A stretch of 64,000 nt of DNA from contig CM120648.1 in assembly GCA_051362555.1 (NCBI GenBank), forward strand, positions 11,466,587-11,530,586, given 5' to 3'. The notes beneath the pieces were generated by a model. That model did not search any database, was not told where the DNA came from, and saw only the letters and a program-made list of their open reading frames with translations. Source of the DNA: Lingula anatina (lineage: Eukaryota > Animalia > Brachiopoda). This document shows, piece by piece, positions 34,701 to 46,968 of this stretch (within the stretch, counting starts at the first letter, position 1; each line of letters opens with the position of its first letter). A program made the position numbers and the translations under genes.

Positions 34701-37700
34701 ATTTAATTTTGCCATTTTTGGACAAGGGTGCATTGCAATGAGTGCCACACCCAGACCCCAATACCGACAAAGCCCAAATTTTACGTGGAACGAGTTGAGA
34801 TTATAGGTGACCTAAATCCATGAGATGGGTATGGGGGGCCTTACCGTCTAGGAGGAGAAGCGGTAACGGTAGCCGTCCGGCGGAGCCGGCGGAGCCGGCG
34901 GAGCCGGCGGAGCCGGCGGAACGATCCGGACGAGACCGAAACCATGTGTACCGCCAGCGCTAACGCTGGTGGTACAATAAAGAAATAAAATTTTTTTTTT
35001 TTTTTAATTTGACATGATTCTTTTTTTGTTTCTTTGTACATGGATATTGACATTTAAGCAATTGTAATATCAGATATTCAAAACCATTTCTTGATGAATT
35101 TTATACTTTGGCTGGCGCTTTGAACAACAGGATGATTGCACTGTCTTGTATTTTGCCTGTATTTTCATATGTTTGGTGTGTTCATCCTATTGTGAAAAGC
35201 GCCAGGTGTGGTTTAAAGGTCAGTTGCAACTACTTCTTGTCCACTGTGTGCCACATACAAGAGCAAATTATATCTGTCACTATATAATTACCCTCTTGTA
35301 TGTTGCACACAGTGGACGACTGGTGTTGTAACAAGTACATGATGAAAGGATAAATAACAAAGGTTAGTTATGATCAAAGACATATATATATATGTCTTTG
35401 ATCATACGAAGAATTAAGTCAGTACACCATGAAAAAGTGCTCCACCCATGGCGGCGGCCCGTGGGGAGCTGGTATAATCAAGGATGTGAATAACTTAGCT
35501 TCCTCTCTCCATTTTATTTAAAAAAAAGCCCTAGGTGTGGTGTGTCTCCTACCTCCCCCTCCTCTGTTATCTTCCAGACCACTGAGAAGGTCAACCTGTC
35601 CTCGTCTGGGTTCAGACTACACAGCTGCTCACATAGCAACCTGGGCAACATGGGAATTACCTGGAAAAAGAAGAAGACTGGCATTACCTAGAAAACCAGG
35701 CAACGTGGGGATTACCTGCAAAACAATAAGAGGAACTGTACTCTTTGCTGCACTTCCTCACTCTTTGCCTCTATCTCAACCCAATCTCTTTATATCCTCC
35801 AAATCTTTATTTTTTCTTTCTATGTTTCTTCTACCTTATTCAATCCCCCTCCTTCTCCCCCCCATCTCCCCTTCTCTGTATCTTTTCCCCTCCCCCTCCC
35901 CAATTCTGTTCACTCACCTTCTGTACCAGGTAGACACTGGTGGCCCTCTGGCTGGCCACTACGTCCAGTTCCGTCCCCTCCTGGACAAAGTAGCTGACAT
36001 CTGCTATGTGAACACCTACTTCATACAGACCTGTAACACAAGTGTAAAACATTCTGATGGAAAGTCATCTGTTTAGTCTGTTGATAAGATAATAAATGTT
36101 TTACACTTGTAAGATTAAACTTTTCATTTACAACACTAAATTAAAGCTGCATCTTTCTGTGGTCTTTGGGTTTCACCAAAAGCTCTGCAAGTACAGCAGC
36201 TTTAATTTTGCCTAGAAAAGTTTTATCTTATAATAAGTATAAAACATGTCAACTGTACAAACATATATAATATCCAACTGAATCAATTGAAACATACTAA
36301 TGAATATCTTGAACCAGTACTCAATGAGCAACATGACAGCAATTCCTTCTTTTGAGATAGGTATAGTAAAAGGGTCTTATCATCTCCAGGCGATATTAAC
36401 ATTTTCAGACCACCATCCATATCTGTGGCAGAACAAGAAGTGTATACTCAATGTTACAGTACCTACTATCTCCCAGTGGTTTACAGTGCAGAGCATCATC
36501 CAGATCTCTGGCAAAAAGTGTATAATCAATGTTACAGTACATACCATTTCCCAGCGGTTTACAGTGCAGAGCATCATCCAGATCTCTGGCAAGAAGTGTA
36601 TAATCAATGTTATAGTACCTACCATCTCCCAGTGGTTTACAATGCAGAGCATCATCCAGATCTCTGGCCGTGGCAGGATCTATGGTGAAGACACACTCCT
36701 CCCTGAAGTCCATGGCTCTCCTGGCCTCCAGCTCACACTGTGGTATGGACCAGGGCAGAATCTGGGGCAGACAGGACAAAGCCTGGAGATGCAACAAACC
36801 ACGTGTACTTTAAATAATCTACCTTGAATATATTATGATCAAAACTAAGTTGAACTGTGTAGTGGTATTAACCAGGGCAGAGTTTGTGGCAAACAGGATA
36901 AAGCCTGGGGACACAACAAACCATATGTACTTACTAATATACCTTGAATATGTGATCATAACTAACTGATGTCTGATTCTGGGAGTGAACTCTCAGTAAA
37001 GTTCAAATTTGTGTACTATTTTGGTGATATTACAGAAAATTGTGCTCATTAAAACTGCTGATGATGTCACAGATGATTGTGTACAGTACTCAATTTCATT
37101 GCAAGTTGTGTGCAGTATTTTCATGATCTCAATGTTAGTTGTATACCGTTTTCTGATGACTGATCTCCACTCTGTGGGTAGTTTCAATGTGTGTGTATGT
37201 GTGTGTTTGTATGCATGTGTGCAAGTGTGTGTGTGTGCTCGTGCATGCTTGTGTGTTTCAGTACAAAAGCATACATGCAAGTGTACATGTCCTTGTAAAA
37301 AAACCAGATACAATTACATTTTTACTTATGATGAAGAGTTGAAACACCATTCGACTCAGGTAGAAACATGTCTAGTCTCTTCAAAATTATTTATTGCTTC
37401 ATCAACAATTACAATAATTATATCAAACCTTCTCTGTTTGTCATTGTTCGTCCCTCATTTACCTGCTCTGAGAATTCACTGTAGTCCACTCCATATTGTA
37501 TCAGTATTCCCTCTGTCTCCGGCTCTATCTCCCCGGCCTCACCAAGACTTCTTAAAAGGGAGCTGATACAGATAAATACAAAATAAATATTTTGGATAGT
37601 ACTATTGAATGAAAGTTCAAATACAAGTAATTGCATGAAGCCTGAAGATTGGCAGCATATTTCAAAAGAAAGTAAACTCTACATGTAGATATTCACTTGT

Positions 37701-39723
37701 AAGTTAAATGCTAGCAGCAAATTTGTCGCTTTTTACTGATCAACAGCAACGTACATTCATCCCTTAGGAAGCTGTGACACTTTATCCCACTCTGTGATCA
37801 ACAACACTTTACACTCACCCCTTAGAAACTGTGACACTTCATCCCCCTCTGTGATCAACAACACTTTACACTCACCCCTTAGAAACTGTGACACTTCATC
37901 CCACTCTGTGATCAACAACACTACACTCACCCCTTAGGAAGCTGTGACACTTCATCCCACTATGTGATCAACAACACTCTATACTCACCCCTTAGGAAAC
38001 TGTGACACTTCATCCCACTCTGTGATCAACAACACTACACTCACCCCTTAGGAAACTGTGACACTTCATCCCACTCTGTGATCAACAATACTTTACACTC
38101 ATCCCTTAGGAAACTGTGACACTTTATCCCACTCTGTGATCAACAACACTTTACACTCATCCCTTAGGAAAACTGTGACACTTCATCCCACTCTGTGATC
38201 AACAACACTCTATACTCACCCCTTAGGAAACTGTGACACTTTATCCCACTATGTGATCAACAACACTCTATACTCACCCCTTAGGAAATTGTGACACTTC
38301 ATCCCACTCTGTGATCAACAACACTCTATACTCACCCCTTAGGAAACTGTGACACTTTATCCCACTATGTGATCAACAACACTCTATACTCACCCCTTAG
38401 GAAATTGTGACACTTCATCCCACTCTGTGATCAACAACACTCTATACTCACCCCTTAGGAAACTGTGACACTTCATCCCACTCTGTGATCAACTACACTA
38501 CACTCACCCCTTAGGAAACTGTGACACTTCATCCCACTCTGTGATCAACTACACTACACTCACCCCTTAGGAAACTGTGACACTTCATCCCACTCTGTGA
38601 TCAACTACACTACACTCACCCCTTAGGAAACTGTGACACTTCATCCCACTCTGTGATCAACTACACTACACTCACCCCTTAGGAAACTGTGACACTTCAT
38701 CCCACTCTGTGATCAACAATCCACACTCATACCTTAGGAAACTGTGACACACTTCCTCCCACTATGTGATCAACAATCTACACTCATACCTTAGGAAACT
38801 GTGACACACTTTATCCCACTCTGTGATCAACAACACTCTATACTCACCCCTTAGGAAACTGTGACACTTCATCCCACTCTGTGATCAACAACACTCTACA
38901 CTCACCCCTTAGGAAACTGTGACACTTCATCCCACTCTGTGATCAACAACACTCTATACTCACCCCTTAGGAAACTGTGATACTTTATCCCACTCTGTGA
39001 TCAACAACACTCTATACTCACCCCTTAGGAAACTGTGACACTTCATCCCACTCTGTGATCAACAATCTACACTCACCCCTTAGGAAACTGTGACACTTCA
39101 TCCCACTCTGTGATCAACAACACTCTATACTCACCCCTTAGGAAACTGTGTCACTTCATCCCACTCTGTGATCAACAACACTCTATACTCACCCCTTAGG
39201 AAACTGTGATACTTCATCCCACTCTGTGATCAACAATCTACACTCACCCCTTAGGAAACTGTGACACTTCATCCCACTCTGTGATCAACAACACTCTATA
39301 CTCACCCCTTAGGAAACTGTGATACTTCATCCCACTCTGTGATCAACAATCTACACTCACCCCTTAGGAAACTGTGACACTTCATCCCACTCTGTGATCA
39401 ACAACACTCTATACTCACCCCTTAGGAAACTGTGATACTTCATCCCACTCTGTGATCCTTGCTACAAATAAACTTCTGCAAAAGTCCTCAGGTCTTTCAT
39501 AAAACCCTGTAATGATAAGTCAACATAACTTATATAGCTGTTACCCCCAAGTACTGAATTCATTTTAAATAAACAATATTCAACCAGAAAAAAAGGCTCA
39601 AGAATGTTGCAAAAATGCATCAGTTCAATTACTAATCTGTGCAAAAAAATAGCTATCTTCTTTTCTACTGTGATAACAGTCATTCTATTTCGCTTCAGCT
39701 GATCTCTCATCTTTTCAGAATGT

Positions 39724-39815
<92 letters not shown>

Positions 39816-42800
39816 ACTACAGTAAAGTACCTTGTGGGCAGTCTGTCATAGCTATACATATTCTTGGCACTCTAGGGTCAATGGGGGAGAACAGAGCCTT
39901 GTCCTTGTTCCTGTCCTGCATCAGTTTGATGTGACCCGTGGAAGCCCGGCTATGCTTCTTCTCTATTATATACACAACCTACAATTACATCATCAAATAC
40001 TGTTCACAACTTAGTGACATCATCAAATTCAGTAAAAAAATTAGTGACATCATCAAGTACAGTATGGCAGTACAAAATTTCATTAAATAATAATAAACAG
40101 TTTTCTTTATATAAACTTTATACAAAAAATAATAATTATTATCTATTGGCTAATTAAATTTCACAGTGCAGGTAGACTGATTAAAGAACTCTTTTTAGAC
40201 TCGTCAAATGCCTGTCGTATTCAGACAAACACTTACTGTTCCCATCCTCTGCAGAAACTTGTCGTGGTTAACCTGGGCCTCCTCCTCTGAGTTGCCTTCA
40301 TGGAATAAAACCTTGGCTGCTGGACTTTTCCCATCTGTGAACTGCTTCAGAGTGGTGTGTTTATACCTGGGAGAACCCTTCTTCTGAGACCTGATGGGCA
40401 ATCACAGTATCTTACAATGCACTGCATTCAATCATAATTATGCTTAAGTTTGTTTACTATAAAGACAATACATATTTTTCGTTTCAGGTGTAAGAATAAA
40501 ACAACAACGGGGAATTTTGACAAATCTCAAAATAATGAGAAAGATTCTAATTTTAAAAAATTTGTATATAATCCTTTCCCAAACAAACAAGAATGAAAGC
40601 AGAAAGCATATATTTGACATCATGTAAGCATGTCACTCACTTTTCCTTCTTTTTGATTGAACTGGTTGCAGTCTTCTGTGGATCAGCACTGGAAGCATCC
40701 TTGCTGGGGGTCAACACTGCATCCTGGGAAGGCTCTGAGGGAGGAACACAGGTGGCAGCACCAAGATTTACATCACTACCTGTGGTAGAACAGCTTTCCT
40801 GAGTATCTTCCAGAACCTTTGTGACTGGGGTTGTATCATCCTGTCTAGAGTCATTCAAGTTTTCACATTCTGGTATTTCACTTTCATTGTAGATGGCAGC
40901 ACTGGTATCGTTATTTCCAACAGCCCCATTTTGTAACTTATCTTCCCCCTCATCTTCTTCCTCTGTGTACTCTTCCTCAACTACCACGTCTGCATCATCA
41001 TCGTCATTGTCATCATCGATGTAATTGTCATCGTTGTCATGGTTATTGACATCGGCCTCTAGAGTGAGTGCCTCCATCTCAGCTACCATGTTTTCCTCAA
41101 ATGCTTGCACATCCTCCATAAGCACCTAAGTGATAGACAAAAAAAAAATAAAAAAAAAAAATAATAATAATAAATGCTGGATTAACAATTCACTTTCCAA
41201 CTCCCTAGGGAGACTGCAGTTATCATTAAATGTGACTTGCATTCATCTTGAACTTGTTTTTCTTCATTCCATATCAAATTAATTCAGATGTTCAAGTCTT
41301 TACAGCATTCTCACCTTCCACTCTTCCCTAGGTTTCAATAATACTGCCACAATGTCTCCATTAAGAGCTCGGTTCCTGTTCTTTATGCCATGAATATACA
41401 CGTCAGACTTGCCATCCTGAAAGCATGTCATATCATACAATAGACAACATTAAACCAGACTCCCAGTATCATTATTTCATTTGGCTATCTACTGGTGGAG
41501 ATCTGTTCACCTGTAATCTGTCATAGTTAATATTAAGATAATATGCATTTTTGCATCTGTTCTATTATAGTGTTGAAATTTAACACATTTCCACAGGAGG
41601 ATATATGGCTTAGGAGTAATAGTGAATTCTGATTCTAAAAAAACTTGTTCAATATCATACTACATTTGCACACTGCTTAAAAATTCCTCTGCAGCATCAT
41701 ACAACATTTGCACTTCAATTCTAAAAATCTTCTTCAATATCATACTATATTTGCACCCCACCTTTACAGAACAAACTGTCATGTTCAGTAAACTAAATTA
41801 TATTTGAAATCACAGCGATTATATATACAACTACCAAAACATTCATGGCGCAATGACTACAAGCAAGCACTGCTATAAACCCCTGTGTACCCAGTGGCAC
41901 ATAATTCTACCAAATGAACTTGAACTAATAAAGACAATTACACACACTGGGTGGGGCACATTAAAACCTGATGCACATTTTGGAATATGAATTCAATATA
42001 AAATGCCAATGCTTTCCAATAAAAACAATATACATATATAATGCGGCACATTAAAACCCTGTGCACTATAAACTCAATGTAAAATTCCATCAAAATGTTT
42101 TAATAAGAAGAAATTACTCATACCGGATGTGGCACGTAGGCATCTTCAAAGTTCCTGGGGTTGATTCTGATTGGTCCCTCAATCAGCTCGCCTCTCTTCA
42201 GGCCTTCTGACACCTTCTCTACTGACCAGTGAGGGCTGAATTTCTGAAATTATTATTATTATTACTATTATTATTATTATTATTATTATTGTTTGCAACA
42301 AACTGTTGCGGAAATCAAAATAAATATTCTGTGATGTCAATAAGAATGAATTTTTTTTTATCATGCATTGAAGCCTAATTCAAATTCAATGAACATAAAT
42401 AAAAAGTATTCAGCAACTAAATATTATAAGAAATTAAAATGTACATTCTTAATAATAAGAAGAATGAATACTGATAATTTCATTCAATGATGTGAAGCTT
42501 AATACAAATGCAACTAATAACAGGCACTCAGTGATCACAGACAAAGCTCCCTTTACACTGGACAGCATCCTTTCTGTGTCCTGCAGTACAGCCCTGTTTG
42601 AGAGTTAAAAAAAAATAATGATAATAATTTACATTATGACAACTGGCTGAGCATTTTGCAACCAAAACAATGCTTGTGTATCCTTTTTAGCAATGCAAGT
42701 TTTGTGGTTGCACAAAGGACGCACAAAGGACACCATCCAGTGAACAGGTTTTTTTTTAATATAAAACTAGAGCTCACAAAAGCCTGCTTCTTTCCCTGTC

Positions 42801-44695
42801 TTCCACTCTGACCCTGGCTCTGTCCCCTGCCTCCTCCTCCTCCTCTACTTCTCACCCTCTTTGGATTGGAGCTATCTTGACCTGAAAACATGTTGCACCA
42901 AGTGAGACAAAAAAAAAAAAAAAAAAAAAAAAAAACAGATCCCAAAATTCAAATGAATGTTAACTGAATCAGTTTTCATTTTGAAAAGCTTAATAAAAAG
43001 CCTTCAGTGTTCTATTTTCAGTAAAACAATAAACCTGACTATGAAAGATCTTCACTCAGTGCAGTCAGCCCTGACATTTTACATTCTTAGAAAAAAAACA
43101 AGCTGTAAAAGCTCTTTTCTCCTAGCAAAATACTATTTCTACTGACCCTCCTGTCTTGGACCTGAAGGCTTTTCTCTGTATGGTGATCTTCCTTCACTAT
43201 TCTGTCTATTCTTGCCACTGCTTTGATAACCACCAGAGGGCGCCCTTCCCTCACTGTCCTGTCTTGATCTTTCATTTCTGTGCTGCCCCCTATTGTCAAA
43301 TCGACCACTACCTTGCCTGTTTCTTGGGAACTCCTGTTCATGTCTGAAGGGTGATCCTCTCGATCTAGAATGAAAGTTCATCAAAAAGCATATGTAGGTA
43401 AATGATTACCTTCTTCCAAAACCTAGCCCCACCACTTTCACTGACTACAACAGAAGATGTTAGTCACTTGGAACATGAAAGCCTTTTCAAATTTTGGTCT
43501 TGGTAAATTCGTTGAAATTAATTTCATAAATAACTGTTATACAGCATGTTGATGGAGAGTGAAATATCTCTCTGCTAATATCTTGAACCACAGAAAAAAT
43601 TAAAACTGTATCCACATATATTTTGATTTTTTGGACAAACCTTACTTTTAGCCCCTTTCACTGAACAGTCTTAGCAAGGGATTCCTACGTATATAAATAT
43701 TGCTAAAATCAATATTTAGCACATCAACTATAAACATTATAACTGCATAAACCATGAATTTATTCCTGACCATAAATAAAAACATAACATATTTGTAAGA
43801 ACCACTTGTATTTATGATGATTCACTTACCTGGCAGGTGAGTGTGGCATCTGACCATGCTGGAAGTTCCCCTGCTCAAACCTTGAAGGGGAGCATCCTGG
43901 AGAACCGTCGCTATGGCAGTGGTTGTTAAACATCCGTCTGCCCATCCGTCCATTCGTCCACTCGGGTGCGTGTTCCTCCCCTAGGGAGGAGTGGTGTGTT
44001 CTGCCCTGGGAGCCACGCCCTCTTCTTCTCTGTCCTGAGCCAGACCATCCTGACCAATGACCCTCCTGACCACCCCTTTGTTGACCTCCACCTTGACCTT
44101 TTGACCTCTGTTGACCCCTGCTCTGTTCAGGTGTCATGTTGCCTGACCTCTGATGGCTTCTATCAGAGTTGGCCATTTCACAGGAATCTGTGTGTTGGTT
44201 TTTATTTTTCTTTGCTGATCTTGGTGGTTTGTTTTGGTCAGTGTCTATGTTTTTGTCATTCTTTTGATTTGCCCCTTTTGATTGCTGCCTAGGTTGATTC
44301 TGTTCCTTTGGAACTGTACTTCTGCTGTTTCTATTCTTTTTATCTCCAGTCCAAGAGCCACTGGGCTTCTCCCTGCAGTCAGCTCCTTTATCCAAGGCCT
44401 GGTGACCATCAGAATTACCAGATCCTGGTTTACTTTTACTAGATTTCAGTGCAGCACCATCCTTATTTACAACGCCATCTATCATACTGTTTGAATAAAA
44501 AGAAAAGTTTGCACTGTCTGTGTCAGGCTGGACATCAACATCAAGAACATCATCTCCCACTAGAGCTTTTAATGGAGATTTCTTCTTGGATCTCCTTCTC
44601 TTTCTCTTGTCTTGACCTATCGGATTATTTCTTTCAGCTGTGGCTCCACCTATACTGGTGTTTACATCTTCTACCTGTGGTGCGCTTTCTGCCAT
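22710..44695 (-). CDS. DIS3L2: DIS3-like exonuclease 2 (RNase II/RNB family 3'-5' exoribonuclease), ~1311 aa
   Basis: 23 minus-strand coding exons with consistent phases: 44695-43830, 43364-43147, 42881-42778, 42243-42124, 41416-41315, 41125-40641, 40390-40237, 39978-39831, 39506-39419, 37562-37463, 36782-36623, 36030-35918, 35660-35553, 31789-31721, 27873-27766, 27290-27154, 26829-26706, 26189-26043, 25340-25193, 24887-24757, 24311-24207, 23852-23685, 22742-22710. Motifs: [122 protein letters not shown]. No PIN domain, which favours DIS3L2 over DIS3/DIS3L. Confidence 0.95.
25404..25637. mobile_element. Second, diverged member of the same PIF/Harbinger-type MITE family
   Basis: tta|ggctccgttcacat...atgtgaacagagcc|tta. 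Shares internal gcgctgcca, gcacagaccatgatca and tagaaaataga with 13560-13816. Confidence 0.8.
27069..27130. repeat. (TATTG)n microsatellite
   Basis: Direct reading. Confidence 0.95.
27975..31405 (-). mobile_element. HINE/DINE-1/pearl-like non-autonomous Helentron with internal 146-bp satellite (copy 1)
   Basis: Subterminal inverted repeats tattgtaccaccagc (~28010) and gctggtggtacaata (31390). Stem-loop gaggcg-atac-cgcctc next to the aactag end. Partial IR ccgccagcgctaacgctggtgg and a cggcggagc microsatellite at the other end. Tandem 146-bp units containing aggtcaaaggtcaatttcaaggtca. Confidence 0.85.
31806..34980 (-). mobile_element. HINE copy 2 with 146-bp satellite, nested MITE and duplicated terminal ~0.8 kb
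   Basis: Same termini as copy 1 (aactagaggatcagagaggcgataccgcctcc ... gctggtggtacaataa). About 6 satellite units at 32000-32850. Segment ~33310-34129 is repeated at ~34130-34980. Confidence 0.85.
33105..33396. mobile_element. 292-bp MITE with 6-bp TSD (CATTTT) and five internal 20-bp perfect palindromes
   Basis: catttt|tacggaagccgactggtgtcatatgt...acatatggcaccagtcggcttccgta|catttt. The empty site actgcacattttgctttcacc is visible in HINE copy 1 (28462, 29050, 30662). Internal TATCTCGAAATTTCGAGATA repeats about every 49 bp. Confidence 0.85.
36410..36670 (-). repeat. 78-bp tandem triplication of a DIS3L2 exon end plus donor ([14 protein letters not shown])
   Basis: Donors after 36623, 36545 and 36467 are spaced 78 bp apart. 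ORF 36405-36797 reads through all three copies. Confidence 0.9.
37737..39457 (-). repeat. Minisatellite (~56-58-bp unit, ~30 copies) made of the 3' end of a DIS3L2 exon plus its splice donor
   Basis: Minus-strand unit GATCACAGAGTGGGATGAAGTGTCACAGTTTCCTAAGGG|GTGAGTATAGAGTGTTGTT. The first unit is the true end of exon 39506-39419 ([14 protein letters not shown]). Confidence 0.95.
39725..39811. repeat. (CA)n microsatellite
   Basis: Direct reading. Confidence 0.95.
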
Positions 44696-45659
44696 ATTGT
44701 CAAACTATCACTGACCTGCTAATAAAAGTATTGCAAAATATTTTAAGACTATTACAATAAGATTGGTAAGCTATATTGATTAGTTTTGAAGGTTTATGAA
44801 TTAGGTTTCAAAGATATTGCAGTTTATGTTATTTCAAGTAGTGTATGGATGTTGAAGAAATAGCCTAGAATAAATGATAAAAGATCGAAAATTCACTCAC
44901 TCCAATGTCATCTCCCTATCTGCTAACTTTCCTCAGGGAGAAAATGGCGACCCACAAAGAGGTCATGACCCCTCACTAATAAATGATATATTGTACATTT
45001 ACCGAATATTTCACCTTAAACTTGACAAACAGAACCCACACATGATTAATAATACAAAGCATATAAAACTGTACAGTAGTTTTGCAAAAAGGCACACATA
45101 CTTTTGAAGTATCTTATCTTTTTGGTGTATCTTAGGCAGCAAATCAACTTCCTACAGCAGTCACATGCAAAGATGCCACTTGGCAAAATAGCAGTGTGAA
45201 AGTCTGTAATAATCAACTGGTGGCTGGATACAGGATCTTGCTTGGGCCAATGACAAAGACCTCACATACCTTTTTCTGCAACCCTTTTGATATTACCTAA
45301 TTTGTGATTACCCAACTTGTACACCACTCAATCAGTATCATGATATATAATTCCTTTCCTAGGAAGAACCCCTCCCCCCCCTTTACAAAGGAGAAATTTA
45401 TATTGTTAGTGCTAAACCGACCACAAATCTCGTCAGCTATACAACTTGCCTCTGTGAGGCAACTAAAAATGTAGCTACCGCGGCATCAGCAAGCCATTAG
45501 TGCATTACGTACTTCTATGAGGGGCCGTCTATAAGTACCTGTATGTTTTCATTTGAGAGCTAGAGAAAGTAGAGCACAGTAGTATAGTAGAGGCGCTAGA
45601 TGAAGGATTTACTATCGAAGTTTTATCTAGGCATTTTATCTAGGCATACATCACTACTA

Positions 45660-46130
45660 CTCACCTTAGTATGGGTCCTTTATAGGCTCCAATTGCACGC
45701 GTTCCTTATTGTACAAGTTTCGATTTCAAAACAATCCCTTACTATTTCATAATTGTTCGAAATCATTTGTCGTCTACTCTCACTGATTTAGGCATCTCAC
45801 TACTAGATGGCGATTTAAAAAACTTCGAGGACAAGAAACTCTTAATATTGTCGTAAGTTAAACAACCCTGAAAGTTAGAAGAAGACATATTTCTCTGGAA
45901 AAAAAGATATCATTCAAAGTTATTCTGCGAAACTAGATATTTTACAAACTTATAAATACTTTACTTTTGGCTTTTAATTATGTAGCATTTCAAGAGCAAC
46001 CCCTCTTGATTTAGCGCCATCTATTAAAGTTTTATAACTCTCGCGAGAAAATTCGCGTCTATGTTGCTAGCAAGATGGAGGACTTGTATACAAAATTGAA
46101 TAGATAGTTAAAATTATTGATTACAGGTAC
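45660..46130. promoter_or_regulatory. Putative bidirectional promoter of DIS3L2 (-) and CFAP74 (+)
   Basis: Divergent first-exon donors: minus-strand AG|GTGAGT near 45664 and plus-strand CAG|GTACGT at 46126. CpG is locally enriched. Motifs: TCTCGCGAGA palindrome 46039-46048, X-box-like GTTGCTAGCAAG 46063-46074, and two opposed TAGATGGCG motifs (45804-45812 +; 46015-46023 -). Confidence 0.65.
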
Positions 46131-46968
46131 GTATGTAAATTTATACAGGACTATTCAAACAAGCAAATAATTAATTTGGTTGTCCTTTTTCATTTTTGTT
46201 AGTTCTTTGAAAATATTCAACTGGAAGCATTTTTGCCTCTATAAATTTTATATTCAAATTTATTTCGTCCCTGCTAAATTTGTCGCAAAAACTTAGTCAA
46301 AATGCTTGCATACAGCAAAGTCGGTGCAGTCATATATTTCAGATGATTACCATTGGCATTTCATTTAGTTGTAAATAATGATATTGACCTTATCCTCTCT
46401 GTTCTCTTTTTTATGAAAGACATAGAAATCGTTAAATTTACCTTCAATTTGTAGCCTGGTGCTTGAATCGATTTCATTGATTTCATCAAGTTATCATAAG
46501 GATATTTCTAAAGAAATTTCACCTGACAGTTAATACATCTCATTGACTCAGAGTTGGCACAAATATACATAAGCTCAGTTACTCTACAGACAATAAAAGT
46601 GGCCTGTTTAAAGCTTTGTGTTGGTACACTTTGTGCTCACTTCTACAGTACAGTACACTGTGGCTGTAGCAAGTAACATGTAGAAGACTGTGTATAGGAC
46701 AGTCTGTTGTTGGCACAGAACAAAAGACACCTCTCTTATTTTGGTTTGAATCTGCCACTTTGTGAAATGTCAGAGCTGACCTTGTTACAGCTCCTTGAGT
46801 ATTCAGACTCCGAAGATGAATCATTTGAAGAGGATGACAATGTGTAAGTTATTATCTCTTTTTCTTTCCTTCTCTTTTAGTTTACAGTTAAGGCTTGAAT
46901 GTAGTAGAACCACTCTTTGAGTTACTGTCCAAGTAGATTCAGGCTCATCAACCAGTCTCTCCGTCAAG

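Noticed and set aside
29725-35053. Repeated short ORFs (e.g. [10 protein letters not shown]..., MVKILEMGG...) in the HINE region
   Set aside because: They recur only because the non-coding element is repeated; no Rep/helicase or transposase motifs are present.
37737-39457. CRISPR-like regularly spaced repeat
   Set aside because: Head-to-tail minisatellite with no unique spacers, derived from a DIS3L2 exon end.
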